Source: a virus (lineage: Duplodnaviria > Caudoviricetes). From it: DNA of 61,201 bases. Where the stretch lies: the IMG/VR virus record IMGVR_UViG_3300009790_000010, positions 1 through 61,201 of that record; one strand, given 5' to 3'. Numbering within the stretch: the first letter of the stretch is position 1; every line of letters begins with the position of its first letter. Made by a program: the position numbers and the translations under genes. Shown in pieces: positions 27,839 through 37,586 of the stretch. Under the pieces are notes generated by a model. The model saw nothing but the letters and a program-made list of their open reading frames with translations. It was not told the origin of the DNA and did no database searches.

Positions 27839-27848
27839 TAAATAGTAT

Positions 27849-30800
27849 ATGGCTACTAAAAAAGAAAAAGACGACATTGCTTCAGGTTTAAGTGCGGCTA
27901 AGAAAAAAGTTGCTGCTGCTCAGAAGATGGATGCTGCTCAGAAAGGACAGGTAAGGCTTGAATATAATCAAGCTCAGACTGGTCTTAATATGGATAGCAC
28001 TATCAATCAAGTAAAGACAGGTAGTCTTACTTATGCATTGAATGCTACTGTAGAAAACTTTGATTCTAGTTCTGTAAACTATCAAAACGAACCTGGTAAT
28101 GAACCGTGTCTCTCCTTTCCTAATGGGTATGAACTTATAGGAAAACATACTATTCCTGAGAAAAAGATAAACATATTCTTTCTAACTAATCCTGCCACTA
28201 GTGATAGTGAAATTGGCTTCATGTATAATAATGATTGTCAATATCGCAAGCTAGTAAATGCTCCTTGTTTAAATTTTAGTATTGATCATCCTATACCAAA
28301 GGTGGTACATCGAATAACAAACTGTACTACAGAGATATATTGGACTGATGGATTTAATCCTCGAAGATATTTAGATGTAGAATTAGATGAAAATTTAGTA
28401 CCTATTAATCTTCCTTATGTATTACTAAGTGGGTCTCCTGATTGTTTTCCTGTATATAGTGATGAGTTAGACTGTAATCAATTAAAGATACAGCCGAACT
28501 TTGATATACCTTTATTAGAAATTAGTAGTGTTTTAAATGTAGGGAGTTTAGTGGCTGGAACTTATCAGTTTGCTGTGCAATATGCAGATGCATTAGGTAA
28601 TGACTTAACTTCTTATTATTCTGTTACCAATCCTACACCAATTGCTGATCCTCTTATCACTACTGTAAACTTCAATTATCCTGTGGGTAAATCAATAGAA
28701 GTAAAAGTATCAAACATAGATATTTCAGGACAATATGGATACTATAATATTGCTGTAATAAAAACTATAAATGATATTTCATCAGTAGAATTAGTAGGCA
28801 CTTACAGTATTACTGAAAAGGAGGAGGTTATAACATATACAGGAGCAGATGCAAGTCCTATTCAATTATCTATTGCTGATATCTTTGAGAAATATCCTTA
28901 TTATGATGTAGCGGGAGATCTAACTACTGTTCAAGATATATTAGTGTGGGACAATTTAACATCTATAGATAGAATCAACTATCAAGGTATAGCAAATCAA
29001 ATAAATTTAGATTGGCAGACACATAGATTACCTCCAGACGAAAATTATTCTGATGAGTTAAATGCTACTAATCTTCGTGGATATATGCGTGATGAGATAT
29101 ATGCATTTGAAATAGCTTTCCTTTTAAGAAATGGAAAACAAACAGATTCGTTCCACATACCTGGACCTGCTAATCCTGGAGTATTATATCCTGATGTACC
29201 TAATACCAATGATGACTTTATTGGAGAACCTGATTATTATCAAAATGGTATAGGATACAGTGCATATTGGAAGATATATAATACTGCTCGATTAATAGAT
29301 TATGAGGCATCTGCAGACCAACAAGCAGATCCTAACTATAAAGGACCTTGGCAATACGGAGAATTTGCATACTGGGAATCTACAGAGAAGTATCCCTGTA
29401 ACGAAGATATGTGGGGAGAGTTAGCTGATAAACCTATTAGACATCATAAGTTTCCAGATGTATTGGTAAGCCCTATTGTAGAGAATAGTGAAATTGTATA
29501 TCAAGATGGACAAATAGTTCCTGACATGCAAGACAGTGCAGTGTTTCCTCTGGGAGTAAAAATTGATAATACTCAAATATCAACTTTAATAGCAACCTCA
29601 GGTTTAACACAAGATCAAAAAGATGATATTGTAGGATACAAAATTGTTAGAGGAGATCGTGGTACAAACAAATCAGTAATAGCAAAAGGTATACTTAGAA
29701 ACATGAATAAGTATACTAGAGAAGATCAAGAATATTACTATCCTAATTATCCTTACAACCAAGTATCTGGACAAGATGCATTTATACAAGAGAATAATAA
29801 TGCTTATAACATAGATTCTAAACCATGGCTTGTATATTTCCCTAAGCAAGAAGTTATTCCTAGTTGGGAGGATGGATATGATCTGGATGATCCATACGAG
29901 GAGATGGAATGGTGGCAAGAGATTGGTGACTTTATCGAACAAGAAGATGGAGTTTTTCAATATACCAGTGTAGAAAATGGTAAACCTACTCCAGCACCTA
30001 TTAAGCCAGGATGTGTGGTAGAAGTATGTTCTCTCACAAGACCTATAGGCCTTAGAGGAATAATGACAATAGGTCCTGGTGATTATGATGCATGGAGATG
30101 TTATAATGGTAGTAATGCTATTGCTGGTTTCAGAACTATATCTCAAAACCCTTTCAATACTCTAAACTTTGATGGCACTATTGCAGCACGTAAATTCTGG
30201 GAGACTGATGTAGTGTTTGGTCTCATCGGTACGGATGAGAAAGGAACTGTCCTAACTCCTATAGATCCTGACTTTGATTATGCAGATGGAGCTGCAGTTG
30301 GTACTAATGCTCATGATCATATATGGCGTCCAGAGATTCAAAGACCAGGTCCTGATTATTTAACTGCTGCAAGAGTAAAATTACACAACTATAATCAAGC
30401 TTCAGAGTGTCCAGATTCTTCAAATATAGCATCATGGCCAATTGGATGTTTTGATCAATTAGAGGGAGATGATGTTCCGTGTAGTGGTGGTTCGAGTAAT
30501 AGTGCTTGTCAATGTTGTGAGGGAAGAAATGAACCAGGTCTTCCGGCATTTGGACTACCTACTAATCCTCTTCCTGAAATAGAACCTAATCCAACTACCA
30601 GTGAAAATACTTTTAAACCTCAAACAGCTTTCACTGATGGTGGGAGTGGGGCACTGAGCGGTTATAGTAGACACGGTAGAAGGTCTTGTTTAAAGTGTGA
30701 TAGAAATGTACCTATTAAACCATTAGATGGTCAGGATGCAGAGGATGTAAAAAATCTTCTAGATAAAGTAGTTTTTAATTCTCCTGATACTTCATTCGGA

Positions 30801-33800
30801 CAACCCTTCTTAGGAAGTGTATTGAAGTTAGAAAGTGTAATGTTTGGAGGGGGTAAAGGGCACTTTGTAGAGGTTAAAGATAATGCTAAATATAAACTAC
30901 TTAGTAAGGAGGCTCAACAAGATGCATTAGATAGTTCAGAAAGAGTAGCTAACATGGGCTCCGATGGATTCAATGCTGGTATAATGTTTACAGTGTATCA
31001 GTCCTATCTTACTATCTATATCAATGGTATAACAAGACAGAATTATGCAATGTCTTTTAACTCAAGAGCTAACTATGATTATTCTTTTCCTATTGACAAT
31101 AATGTTAGCGGTGGTATCAAACAAAGAGAAATAGAACTTACTAGATATTTAATACCAGGAGTACAATCATTTAATAATAATGACTTCCCTATAAATAATT
31201 GGAATAGAGAATCTTCAGTATATATAAAAACTAAAGCTAGAACAATTACTACTGAACCTCTACCTCTTCCACAAAATACAGATAGTCTTCTAGATACTGA
31301 TGGTAATCCTAGTATTGTAGAGTTTTCAAGATTCAATATTGGGCAGATAGGTAATTGTGATAAACCTAGTAAAGAAGAAGACATAAAGGTAGTATCTTAT
31401 TATGCTTCAATGAAGAATATAATACCTAACCAATGGGGACAAATAAACTCCTTCCAAAGAATAGATACTGGTTATCAGAGTCTTGTTACAGCAGAAGGAA
31501 CATCTAGTATATTTGGAGGAGATGTATACATCTCTCGTTTTGCATTTAAAACTAAACTACCATTCTTTATTGATAATAGAGTAAATGCTCCTGATGATTC
31601 TGATATATTCTTTGATGAAATAAGTAATGTGGCCTATGCTAAATACTGGCATTCAGCTAGGTCTATATTGTCCAACTATACTGTGACCTCAGGAGACGAT
31701 GCACCTCAAAATATGTTCAATCTTATATCTACTAAGGCTCATAATTTAGATTGTGCTTCTGATCCTTCGACTTATACTCAGGGTACATTTAATAATATAG
31801 CAGGTACTTACAGAACTTTCTATGATGGATATATGTATTTGTTTGCATACGGTATTCCTAACTTCTATTGTGAAAGTGTATATAATACCGACTTACGTCA
31901 AGCATTTAATACTAAAGAAGGAGACTTCTGGCCTCATGTAAATAGTAGTATTCCGGATGATTGGGTTCAAGAAAGTAATGTACCTATCGCACAAGATAAT
32001 ACATACTATTATAATGTTACATTCTCTAAACAAAACAAAGAAAATGTATTTACTCAACTACCTTTAGATTGGTCCGATGTATGTTTTACATTCTTTCCAT
32101 TTAGAGCTATCTATTCAGATACACAAACAGACAGTCCAGATAATAGAGTGAATAATTGGTTGGTATATAGAGCTGCATCTTTCTTTGACTTCCCACAAAA
32201 CTATGGAGCTTTAACATCATTAGATGGTATTGAAGATAAGGGAGTACTAGCAAGATTTGAAAACAAAGCCCTATTATATAATAAACTACTTACAATAGAT
32301 ACAAGTAATCCTCAAGCAGCTTACATAGGTAATCCTAGATTGTTTTCTAGTTCTCCTCCAATAGACTTTGCTGAAACTGATCTTGGTTATGTAGGTTCTC
32401 AACATAAATTCTTACTTAAGTTACCATATGGTCAAGTTACTGCAGATGCTAAAAGAGGACAAATTTTTCTTATATCAGGAGGAAAGTCTATTGACCTAAC
32501 AGGAGTGCAATCAGGAGTAAATCGATTTATAACAAACAGTTTACCTTTTGAAATACTAGAGTACTTCCCAGAGGTAAATGTAGATAACCACTTTGCTGGA
32601 ATAGGACTACACGGAGTTTATGATAGTAAGTTTGATAGAATAATTATTACCAAACTAGATTATATTCCTCTAAATGATGGGATATATTATGACCCATCAG
32701 ATAAAAACTTTTATATAGATATACCAGATGATCCTTCTACGCCAGAAGAAGATAGTGTAAGACAAGAGGTATTCTTATTTGATGAAAATTATTTCTGTAA
32801 TAAGTCATGGACTATGTCTTTTGATTTTAGTACTAAGAGTTGGATATCATTTCACTCTTACTTACCTAATTTCTATATTGGGGAAAATAATTTCTACTAT
32901 TCAGGCATCAATGAATGCTGTTCAAATTTTACTGCAGTACTTGAAACTCCTGATAGAAGTAAAATTGGAGATGAGGAACCTGCTCTTGATATGATAATAG
33001 GAGTGCTGGATCCTGTTGCTCTTATTACAACTAGTACAACTACTACTTCTAATCCTTTATTTACCACTACTACAACTACTGCATATATACCTGACTGCTC
33101 TATTAACATAGCGATATCAGAAGAACTAGGATGTGAGATAGATGGAGTAGGGTATATAACTGTACCTAGTCCTACCACTACAACAATATGTGTGAGACCT
33201 GAACCTCTCGCATCAAATATATTTGTAGAAGGGTATCAAATAAAAGGAACTGCTACTCCAGTAGTAGGAACAGCCACTGCAGAAAGAGCATGTGCTGTAG
33301 CTTCGTTTGCTTTTAATGCTACATCAAACGATGAGATTATTCCTATTAACTTTAATTATGAACATTATGTATTCCCTGCAACAAATAGTATTGTTAATGC
33401 TCAAGTATGGTTAGGTTTAGGTGATGATTGTACATCTGTTCCTGATGGTTGGTATAGTAATCAAGGAGAACCTAACAATGTCTACTATGTAGAAAATGGG
33501 TTTATAAGACAAGAAGTACCGTGTGATTGTAATACTACTGCACCTACCACCACTGCATATACAGGAAGCTTTAATGAATGTTGTGCATGGTTATTAAATG
33601 ATGATGATGGTAATGTTAAATTATATGACTCTTTCCATTATACTGGTGTTCCAATTACAATACCTGGATATACTGCTGGTACTAAACTAGCAATTGGACC
33701 GAATACTTTATATGCATGGGATGGTAGTTTAGCATTTAACAAATGGACTATAAATACAACTAACTGGAGTGCAGTAAAAGAGTTAGATATAACACCAGCT

Positions 33801-34022
33801 GGATTTAATACAACAGCTGGAGTGGTAGTTAAAGATGATAATACACTAATAGCACTAGACACAACTGCAGGTGATGTAGTAGAGATAGATACTTCAACAG
33901 CAGCAGTAACAGTTAAGTTTACTTTACCAGTTGGTTATACATGGACAACAAATCTACTATATACTAGAACAGGTAAACTAATAACAATAGGAAAAAACAC
34001 TGGAACAACAGATTTCCATTAA
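27849..34022 (+). CDS. Muzzle/tail stabilization protein, N-terminal part with insertions
   Basis: IYWTDGFNPRRY, GTYQFAVQY, GYMRDEIYAF, IRHHKFPD, GGDVYISRF, WISFHSYLP; size and position match the crAss muzzle. Confidence 0.82.
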   Translation: MATKKEKDDIASGLSAAKKKVAAAQKMDAAQKGQVRLEYNQAQTGLNMDSTINQVKTGSLTYALNATVENFDSSSVNYQNEPGNEPCLSFPNGYELIGKHTIPEKKINIFFLTNPATSDSEIGFMYNNDCQYRKLVNAPCLNFSIDHPIPKVVHRITNCTTEIYWTDGFNPRRYLDVELDENLVPINLPYVLLSGSPDCFPVYSDELDCNQLKIQPNFDIPLLEISSVLNVGSLVAGTYQFAVQYADALGNDLTSYYSVTNPTPIADPLITTVNFNYPVGKSIEVKVSNIDISGQYGYYNIAVIKTINDISSVELVGTYSITEKEEVITYTGADASPIQLSIADIFEKYPYYDVAGDLTTVQDILVWDNLTSIDRINYQGIANQINLDWQTHRLPPDENYSDELNATNLRGYMRDEIYAFEIAFLLRNGKQTDSFHIPGPANPGVLYPDVPNTNDDFIGEPDYYQNGIGYSAYWKIYNTARLIDYEASADQQADPNYKGPWQYGEFAYWESTEKYPCNEDMWGELADKPIRHHKFPDVLVSPIVENSEIVYQDGQIVPDMQDSAVFPLGVKIDNTQISTLIATSGLTQDQKDDIVGYKIVRGDRGTNKSVIAKGILRNMNKYTREDQEYYYPNYPYNQVSGQDAFIQENNNAYNIDSKPWLVYFPKQEVIPSWEDGYDLDDPYEEMEWWQEIGDFIEQEDGVFQYTSVENGKPTPAPIKPGCVVEVCSLTRPIGLRGIMTIGPGDYDAWRCYNGSNAIAGFRTISQNPFNTLNFDGTIAARKFWETDVVFGLIGTDEKGTVLTPIDPDFDYADGAAVGTNAHDHIWRPEIQRPGPDYLTAARVKLHNYNQASECPDSSNIASWPIGCFDQLEGDDVPCSGGSSNSACQCCEGRNEPGLPAFGLPTNPLPEIEPNPTTSENTFKPQTAFTDGGSGALSGYSRHGRRSCLKCDRNVPIKPLDGQDAEDVKNLLDKVVFNSPDTSFGQPFLGSVLKLESVMFGGGKGHFVEVKDNAKYKLLSKEAQQDALDSSERVANMGSDGFNAGIMFTVYQSYLTIYINGITRQNYAMSFNSRANYDYSFPIDNNVSGGIKQREIELTRYLIPGVQSFNNNDFPINNWNRESSVYIKTKARTITTEPLPLPQNTDSLLDTDGNPSIVEFSRFNIGQIGNCDKPSKEEDIKVVSYYASMKNIIPNQWGQINSFQRIDTGYQSLVTAEGTSSIFGGDVYISRFAFKTKLPFFIDNRVNAPDDSDIFFDEISNVAYAKYWHSARSILSNYTVTSGDDAPQNMFNLISTKAHNLDCASDPSTYTQGTFNNIAGTYRTFYDGYMYLFAYGIPNFYCESVYNTDLRQAFNTKEGDFWPHVNSSIPDDWVQESNVPIAQDNTYYYNVTFSKQNKENVFTQLPLDWSDVCFTFFPFRAIYSDTQTDSPDNRVNNWLVYRAASFFDFPQNYGALTSLDGIEDKGVLARFENKALLYNKLLTIDTSNPQAAYIGNPRLFSSSPPIDFAETDLGYVGSQHKFLLKLPYGQVTADAKRGQIFLISGGKSIDLTGVQSGVNRFITNSLPFEILEYFPEVNVDNHFAGIGLHGVYDSKFDRIIITKLDYIPLNDGIYYDPSDKNFYIDIPDDPSTPEEDSVRQEVFLFDENYFCNKSWTMSFDFSTKSWISFHSYLPNFYIGENNFYYSGINECCSNFTAVLETPDRSKIGDEEPALDMIIGVLDPVALITTSTTTTSNPLFTTTTTTAYIPDCSINIAISEELGCEIDGVGYITVPSPTTTTICVRPEPLASNIFVEGYQIKGTATPVVGTATAERACAVASFAFNATSNDEIIPINFNYEHYVFPATNSIVNAQVWLGLGDDCTSVPDGWYSNQGEPNNVYYVENGFIRQEVPCDCNTTAPTTTAYTGSFNECCAWLLNDDDGNVKLYDSFHYTGVPITIPGYTAGTKLAIGPNTLYAWDGSLAFNKWTINTTNWSAVKELDITPAGFNTTAGVVVKDDNTLIALDTTAGDVVEIDTSTAAVTVKFTLPVGYTWTTNLLYTRTGKLITIGKNTGTTDFH

Positions 34023-34565
34023 TTCCAATGGGATTATGATAATGCAACGGTAGTACCAGAAATTGATTCCACAATTACCAGTTCAGAGTTTGTAGATTGT
34101 AGATGGATAGCAGAATGTGATTGTATTATAAGTATTATGGCTGAAGGTTCTACTTGTGAGAATTTTGCCTTTAGAGTAGAGAATGTATCTCCCTATACTG
34201 TAGTTGAACAAGGATGTCAAGACTATGTTCCAGATCCTGTAGAGCTGGATGATAACGATATACCTGTATGGAGTACTATGAGTGTTACTAATTCTACTCA
34301 ACAAATGGCTTGTGTTAATAAAGATACAGACCAATGGGGCACTACTACTACTAGTACTACAGCATCCCCAACTACTACCACTACAACTTCTGTCTACCCA
34401 TGTTATGGTTATGAAGTAGTAGGACCACAAGTGGTGTGGTATCCAAATTGTGTAGGAGAAGAACAAACAATATCTGTACCTAGTGGAGAAACTCTCGAAT
34501 TCTGTTCATCCGATAATACTATTACCGGAGCAGGAATAACCTTATTAGGAGCATGTAATTTATAA
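34023..34565 (+). CDS. In-frame continuation of the muzzle ORF beyond TAA 34020-34022 (includes ORF 34137..34565)
   Basis: Same frame, no further stop: DFH*FQWDYDNATVVPEID...IISIMAEGSTC. Confidence 0.65.
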   Translation, partial: FQWDYDNATVVPEIDSTITSSEFVDCRWIAECDCIISIMAEGSTCENFAFRVENVSPYTVVEQGCQDYVPDPVELDDNDIPVWSTMSVTNSTQQMACVNKDTDQWGTTTTSTTASPTTTTTTSVYPCYGYEVVGPQVVWYPNCVGEEQTISVPSGETLEFCSSDNTITGAGITLLGACNL

Positions 34566-34569
34566 CAAT

Positions 34570-35439
34570 ATGTCAAAAGTAATAAATTTAAAAATAACAG
34601 CAGCTACCCCTAGATCAGGACCTTTTGATATAATTCTTGATAACGGAGATATTATAGCTATTGGTTTAAGCTTAAGTGATTTAGTACACGGTGTAAGTTA
34701 TGAGGTACCTTCAGCTGTGGCTGCAGTTACTGTACGTTCTACAGGAGATTGTGAGTTCACAAAAACCTTTTTAGTAAGAGACAGTATTCCTAATCAAGAG
34801 TACATAAATGCAACATTTACTAAACTAAGAACAGGTTGTTTGTGGACCCATTTGAGAAACGATACTTTGTATAATTATTACTACGGAGATATTGCTCCTT
34901 ATATAATTGAGTATCCTTTTGCATATAAGTATCATGACCAGATACTACAGAATATAAAAGATTATAGTAAGGTGTATACATATATACCATCAACTCTAGG
35001 ATCATTTGATTCTAATAGTAAAATACAAACAGACGATAAATACTTTAATAAGGCTGTGTTATATAATGGACAACAGTCAACTGGTATAATAGAACTTGTA
35101 CCTAAACCAATGAATAACTTAAGTGAATATCTACAATACCCTATATTAAATAGTGATAGTAAAACTATTACATTTGCAAAGACAGATAGTTTCTATCAAT
35201 ATAATACTTTCTGGGCATTACAAAAAGATGATAAAGTACCTCTGTTTAAAACATCCTGTGAATCTAAATCAATAGATAAGGTGGTTAATCAGGACAACAT
35301 GAACTATGGTGACTTATCATTTAAGAAGTCACAACTAAGAGCTAAGAACGTAAAGGTGAGACACATATTAGACAACTCCTCTACTACACATATTGTGAGT
35401 CAGTTTATTGTAGCACCAGCACAAATATCATATAAATAA
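34570..35439 (+). CDS. GPFxLFS-like domain copy 5 fused to the probable muzzle C-terminal part
   Basis: N-terminal SGPFDI...VTVRSTGDC; then LWTH...YYG...PYIIEY, FNKAVLYNGQQSTG and LRAK. Confidence 0.7.
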   Translation: MSKVINLKITAATPRSGPFDIILDNGDIIAIGLSLSDLVHGVSYEVPSAVAAVTVRSTGDCEFTKTFLVRDSIPNQEYINATFTKLRTGCLWTHLRNDTLYNYYYGDIAPYIIEYPFAYKYHDQILQNIKDYSKVYTYIPSTLGSFDSNSKIQTDDKYFNKAVLYNGQQSTGIIELVPKPMNNLSEYLQYPILNSDSKTITFAKTDSFYQYNTFWALQKDDKVPLFKTSCESKSIDKVVNQDNMNYGDLSFKKSQLRAKNVKVRHILDNSSTTHIVSQFIVAPAQISYK

Positions 35440-37586
35440 TGGCATTAACACCAGGTAAAGCAAAGAAAATGTTAGACGATGGAACTGTCCATGGTAGATC
35501 TCTGACTGATAAGCAGAAGAGATACTTCGGTGCTATAGCTGGAGGTGCAACACCTATGAAAAAGATCAACGGTGGTTGGTTAGACAAGTATGCAATGGGA
35601 GGTAGTCTTCCTGGTGCATCAGGTATGATGTACGGACGTTCTAATACAATGCCTCCATTATTTACTCAATCAGAAATGAAAGCTCCTTCATTTGCAGATT
35701 CATTAACTAAAGCTCAAAAGGGAACAAAAGAAGAAGTAGGCGATTTAGTTATGTATGGAACTCCAGAGTATGAAGCTGCATATAAAGAAGGAAGAATTAT
35801 TGGAAGAGATGGAACTATACCACTAGATGAAGTAGTTGTTAGAGCAGGTGTTGATTATGAAAAGCATTCTCGTTATAATCTTCTATCTCCACAACAGAAA
35901 GAGTATTATTTCGATGATGGACCAATTGGTAGAGGTGTACAAAGAGCTGCTCGAACAGACAGAGGATTATATGAAGACACACTAGATGTTGTTAATCCTA
36001 TATTATATACAGCAATAGGTACTGCTGCTCTTATGTCCCCACTAGGACAACCTATCACACAAGCACTTGGAGGTGCTGGTCGTGGAATATATAGTAAGGT
36101 TGCTCCTTGGGTTTCAAAAGCATGGAACTATACACCATTTAAAGGTCCTGGGTTTCAGCCTACAGTAGGGAACGTAGTGAATACAGGATTTTTAGCTGAT
36201 GGTATTAGAAGGTTCCCACAGAGTTATCGTAATATGCGTGATGATCCTTCTTGGTCTAATGCTGGTTGGTTAGGACTTAATGCTCTAGAAGTTGGGATAC
36301 CAGGTAACACTGGATTTCAATATATTAGACCACAAACCAGTGGAATTTCTCCTTTTATAGATGACCTAGGAAGAACTATAACAGCTAATACTAAAGCAGG
36401 ACGAGAGTATCAAAGAGTAGCTCAAAAACACTTGCAGTCAGCAGATATGTGGGGCCAGAGATATTTTAATAATCCTATAACAACAACAAGGATGTCTGAT
36501 GAAATGCTAACAGGTTTTAATTCTGCTCCTCCTATATCTCCACCAGGAGTGACTTCATTTAACTTCGCAATGAGTCCAGTTGAAGTAGTTAATGATTACA
36601 AAAAGCTGAGGGCGGGTTTACCTGATGATGAGGTGATTGATATGGTTTTAAAATATCAAAAGCTAAATCCTAACATGGTAGTAACTCCTCAGAACTTAGC
36701 TAATCAACTTAGTGTAAATGTGTCTAGGTATAATCGAATGAACCCTGGGGTTACTCACTCAACACTGAGTCCTTTAGACAATTCAGCTGGTGTTTCTAAT
36801 GTTTTAGGTAGATACTCTCATATCCATAATGATCGTGTGATAGATATAGGTAATCCTATTTTTACAGGTTTAAAGAATTATAAAGATTTTCGTATCAACC
36901 CCTTTGGAAAAAGTAAACTATATGATAATGCCAATTTCGATAAGATCTATCAAACTGCAATTCATGAAGGAGATCACTTCTACAGAGTTGGATCAAGAGG
37001 AAACTTAACAGCTACTGATATAAAATTACTTATGCCTTTTAAACAAGGTCTAATAAATAAGTATGGTAAATACATGAATGAGTCTGGTGAAATAATATTG
37101 AAATCTGATGCTGCAAAAGCTTTAAAGAAAAGTGATCCTGAGGCATTCGCAAAACTTGAGTTTGCAAAATATGCAGGTACAGCACCAGAAATAAATGCTC
37201 GAATAACACAAATAAGAAACCTGTATAATATTAAACCAGGGCAACAGGTGGATATGAGTACAGTAGAAGAAATTATTAGAGCTGGAAAAGCTGGGGAACT
37301 TGGTACAGGATTGGGTGGAGGTAAAAAAGGATTCTCAGAATTCTTCGACTTTATAGATGACGTGCAAGGAAATGTACCTGGTAGTGTAGCTACTACAAAA
37401 GAATGGTTGCAAGGTATATTAATGAACATGTCCAAAACTGGTTCAAAAATAAAACCTCTTAAATATGGAGGTAATGTTGATAAAGCACAAGAGGGAGAAG
37501 TTTTAGGATTTGATAATATACTAGATTATATAGTAGAAACTAGAGACGGAACTAGAGATATGTGGGAGAGGTTGCAGATACAATAG
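35439..37586 (+). CDS. Ejection/cargo polyprotein, part 1 (hydrophobic segment, HExxH module)
   Basis: Follows the muzzle; GGWLDKY, KAQKG, LDEVVV, HEGDH; ends in the only TAG stop among the called genes. Confidence 0.7.
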   Translation: MALTPGKAKKMLDDGTVHGRSLTDKQKRYFGAIAGGATPMKKINGGWLDKYAMGGSLPGASGMMYGRSNTMPPLFTQSEMKAPSFADSLTKAQKGTKEEVGDLVMYGTPEYEAAYKEGRIIGRDGTIPLDEVVVRAGVDYEKHSRYNLLSPQQKEYYFDDGPIGRGVQRAARTDRGLYEDTLDVVNPILYTAIGTAALMSPLGQPITQALGGAGRGIYSKVAPWVSKAWNYTPFKGPGFQPTVGNVVNTGFLADGIRRFPQSYRNMRDDPSWSNAGWLGLNALEVGIPGNTGFQYIRPQTSGISPFIDDLGRTITANTKAGREYQRVAQKHLQSADMWGQRYFNNPITTTRMSDEMLTGFNSAPPISPPGVTSFNFAMSPVEVVNDYKKLRAGLPDDEVIDMVLKYQKLNPNMVVTPQNLANQLSVNVSRYNRMNPGVTHSTLSPLDNSAGVSNVLGRYSHIHNDRVIDIGNPIFTGLKNYKDFRINPFGKSKLYDNANFDKIYQTAIHEGDHFYRVGSRGNLTATDIKLLMPFKQGLINKYGKYMNESGEIILKSDAAKALKKSDPEAFAKLEFAKYAGTAPEINARITQIRNLYNIKPGQQVDMSTVEEIIRAGKAGELGTGLGGGKKGFSEFFDFIDDVQGNVPGSVATTKEWLQGILMNMSKTGSKIKPLKYGGNVDKAQEGEVLGFDNILDYIVETRDGTRDMWERLQIQ

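Noticed and set aside
14591-33862. Minus-strand poly-Val ORFs (e.g. 14591, 17267, 18651, 21866, 32897)
   Set aside because: Antisense shadows of poly-Thr codons
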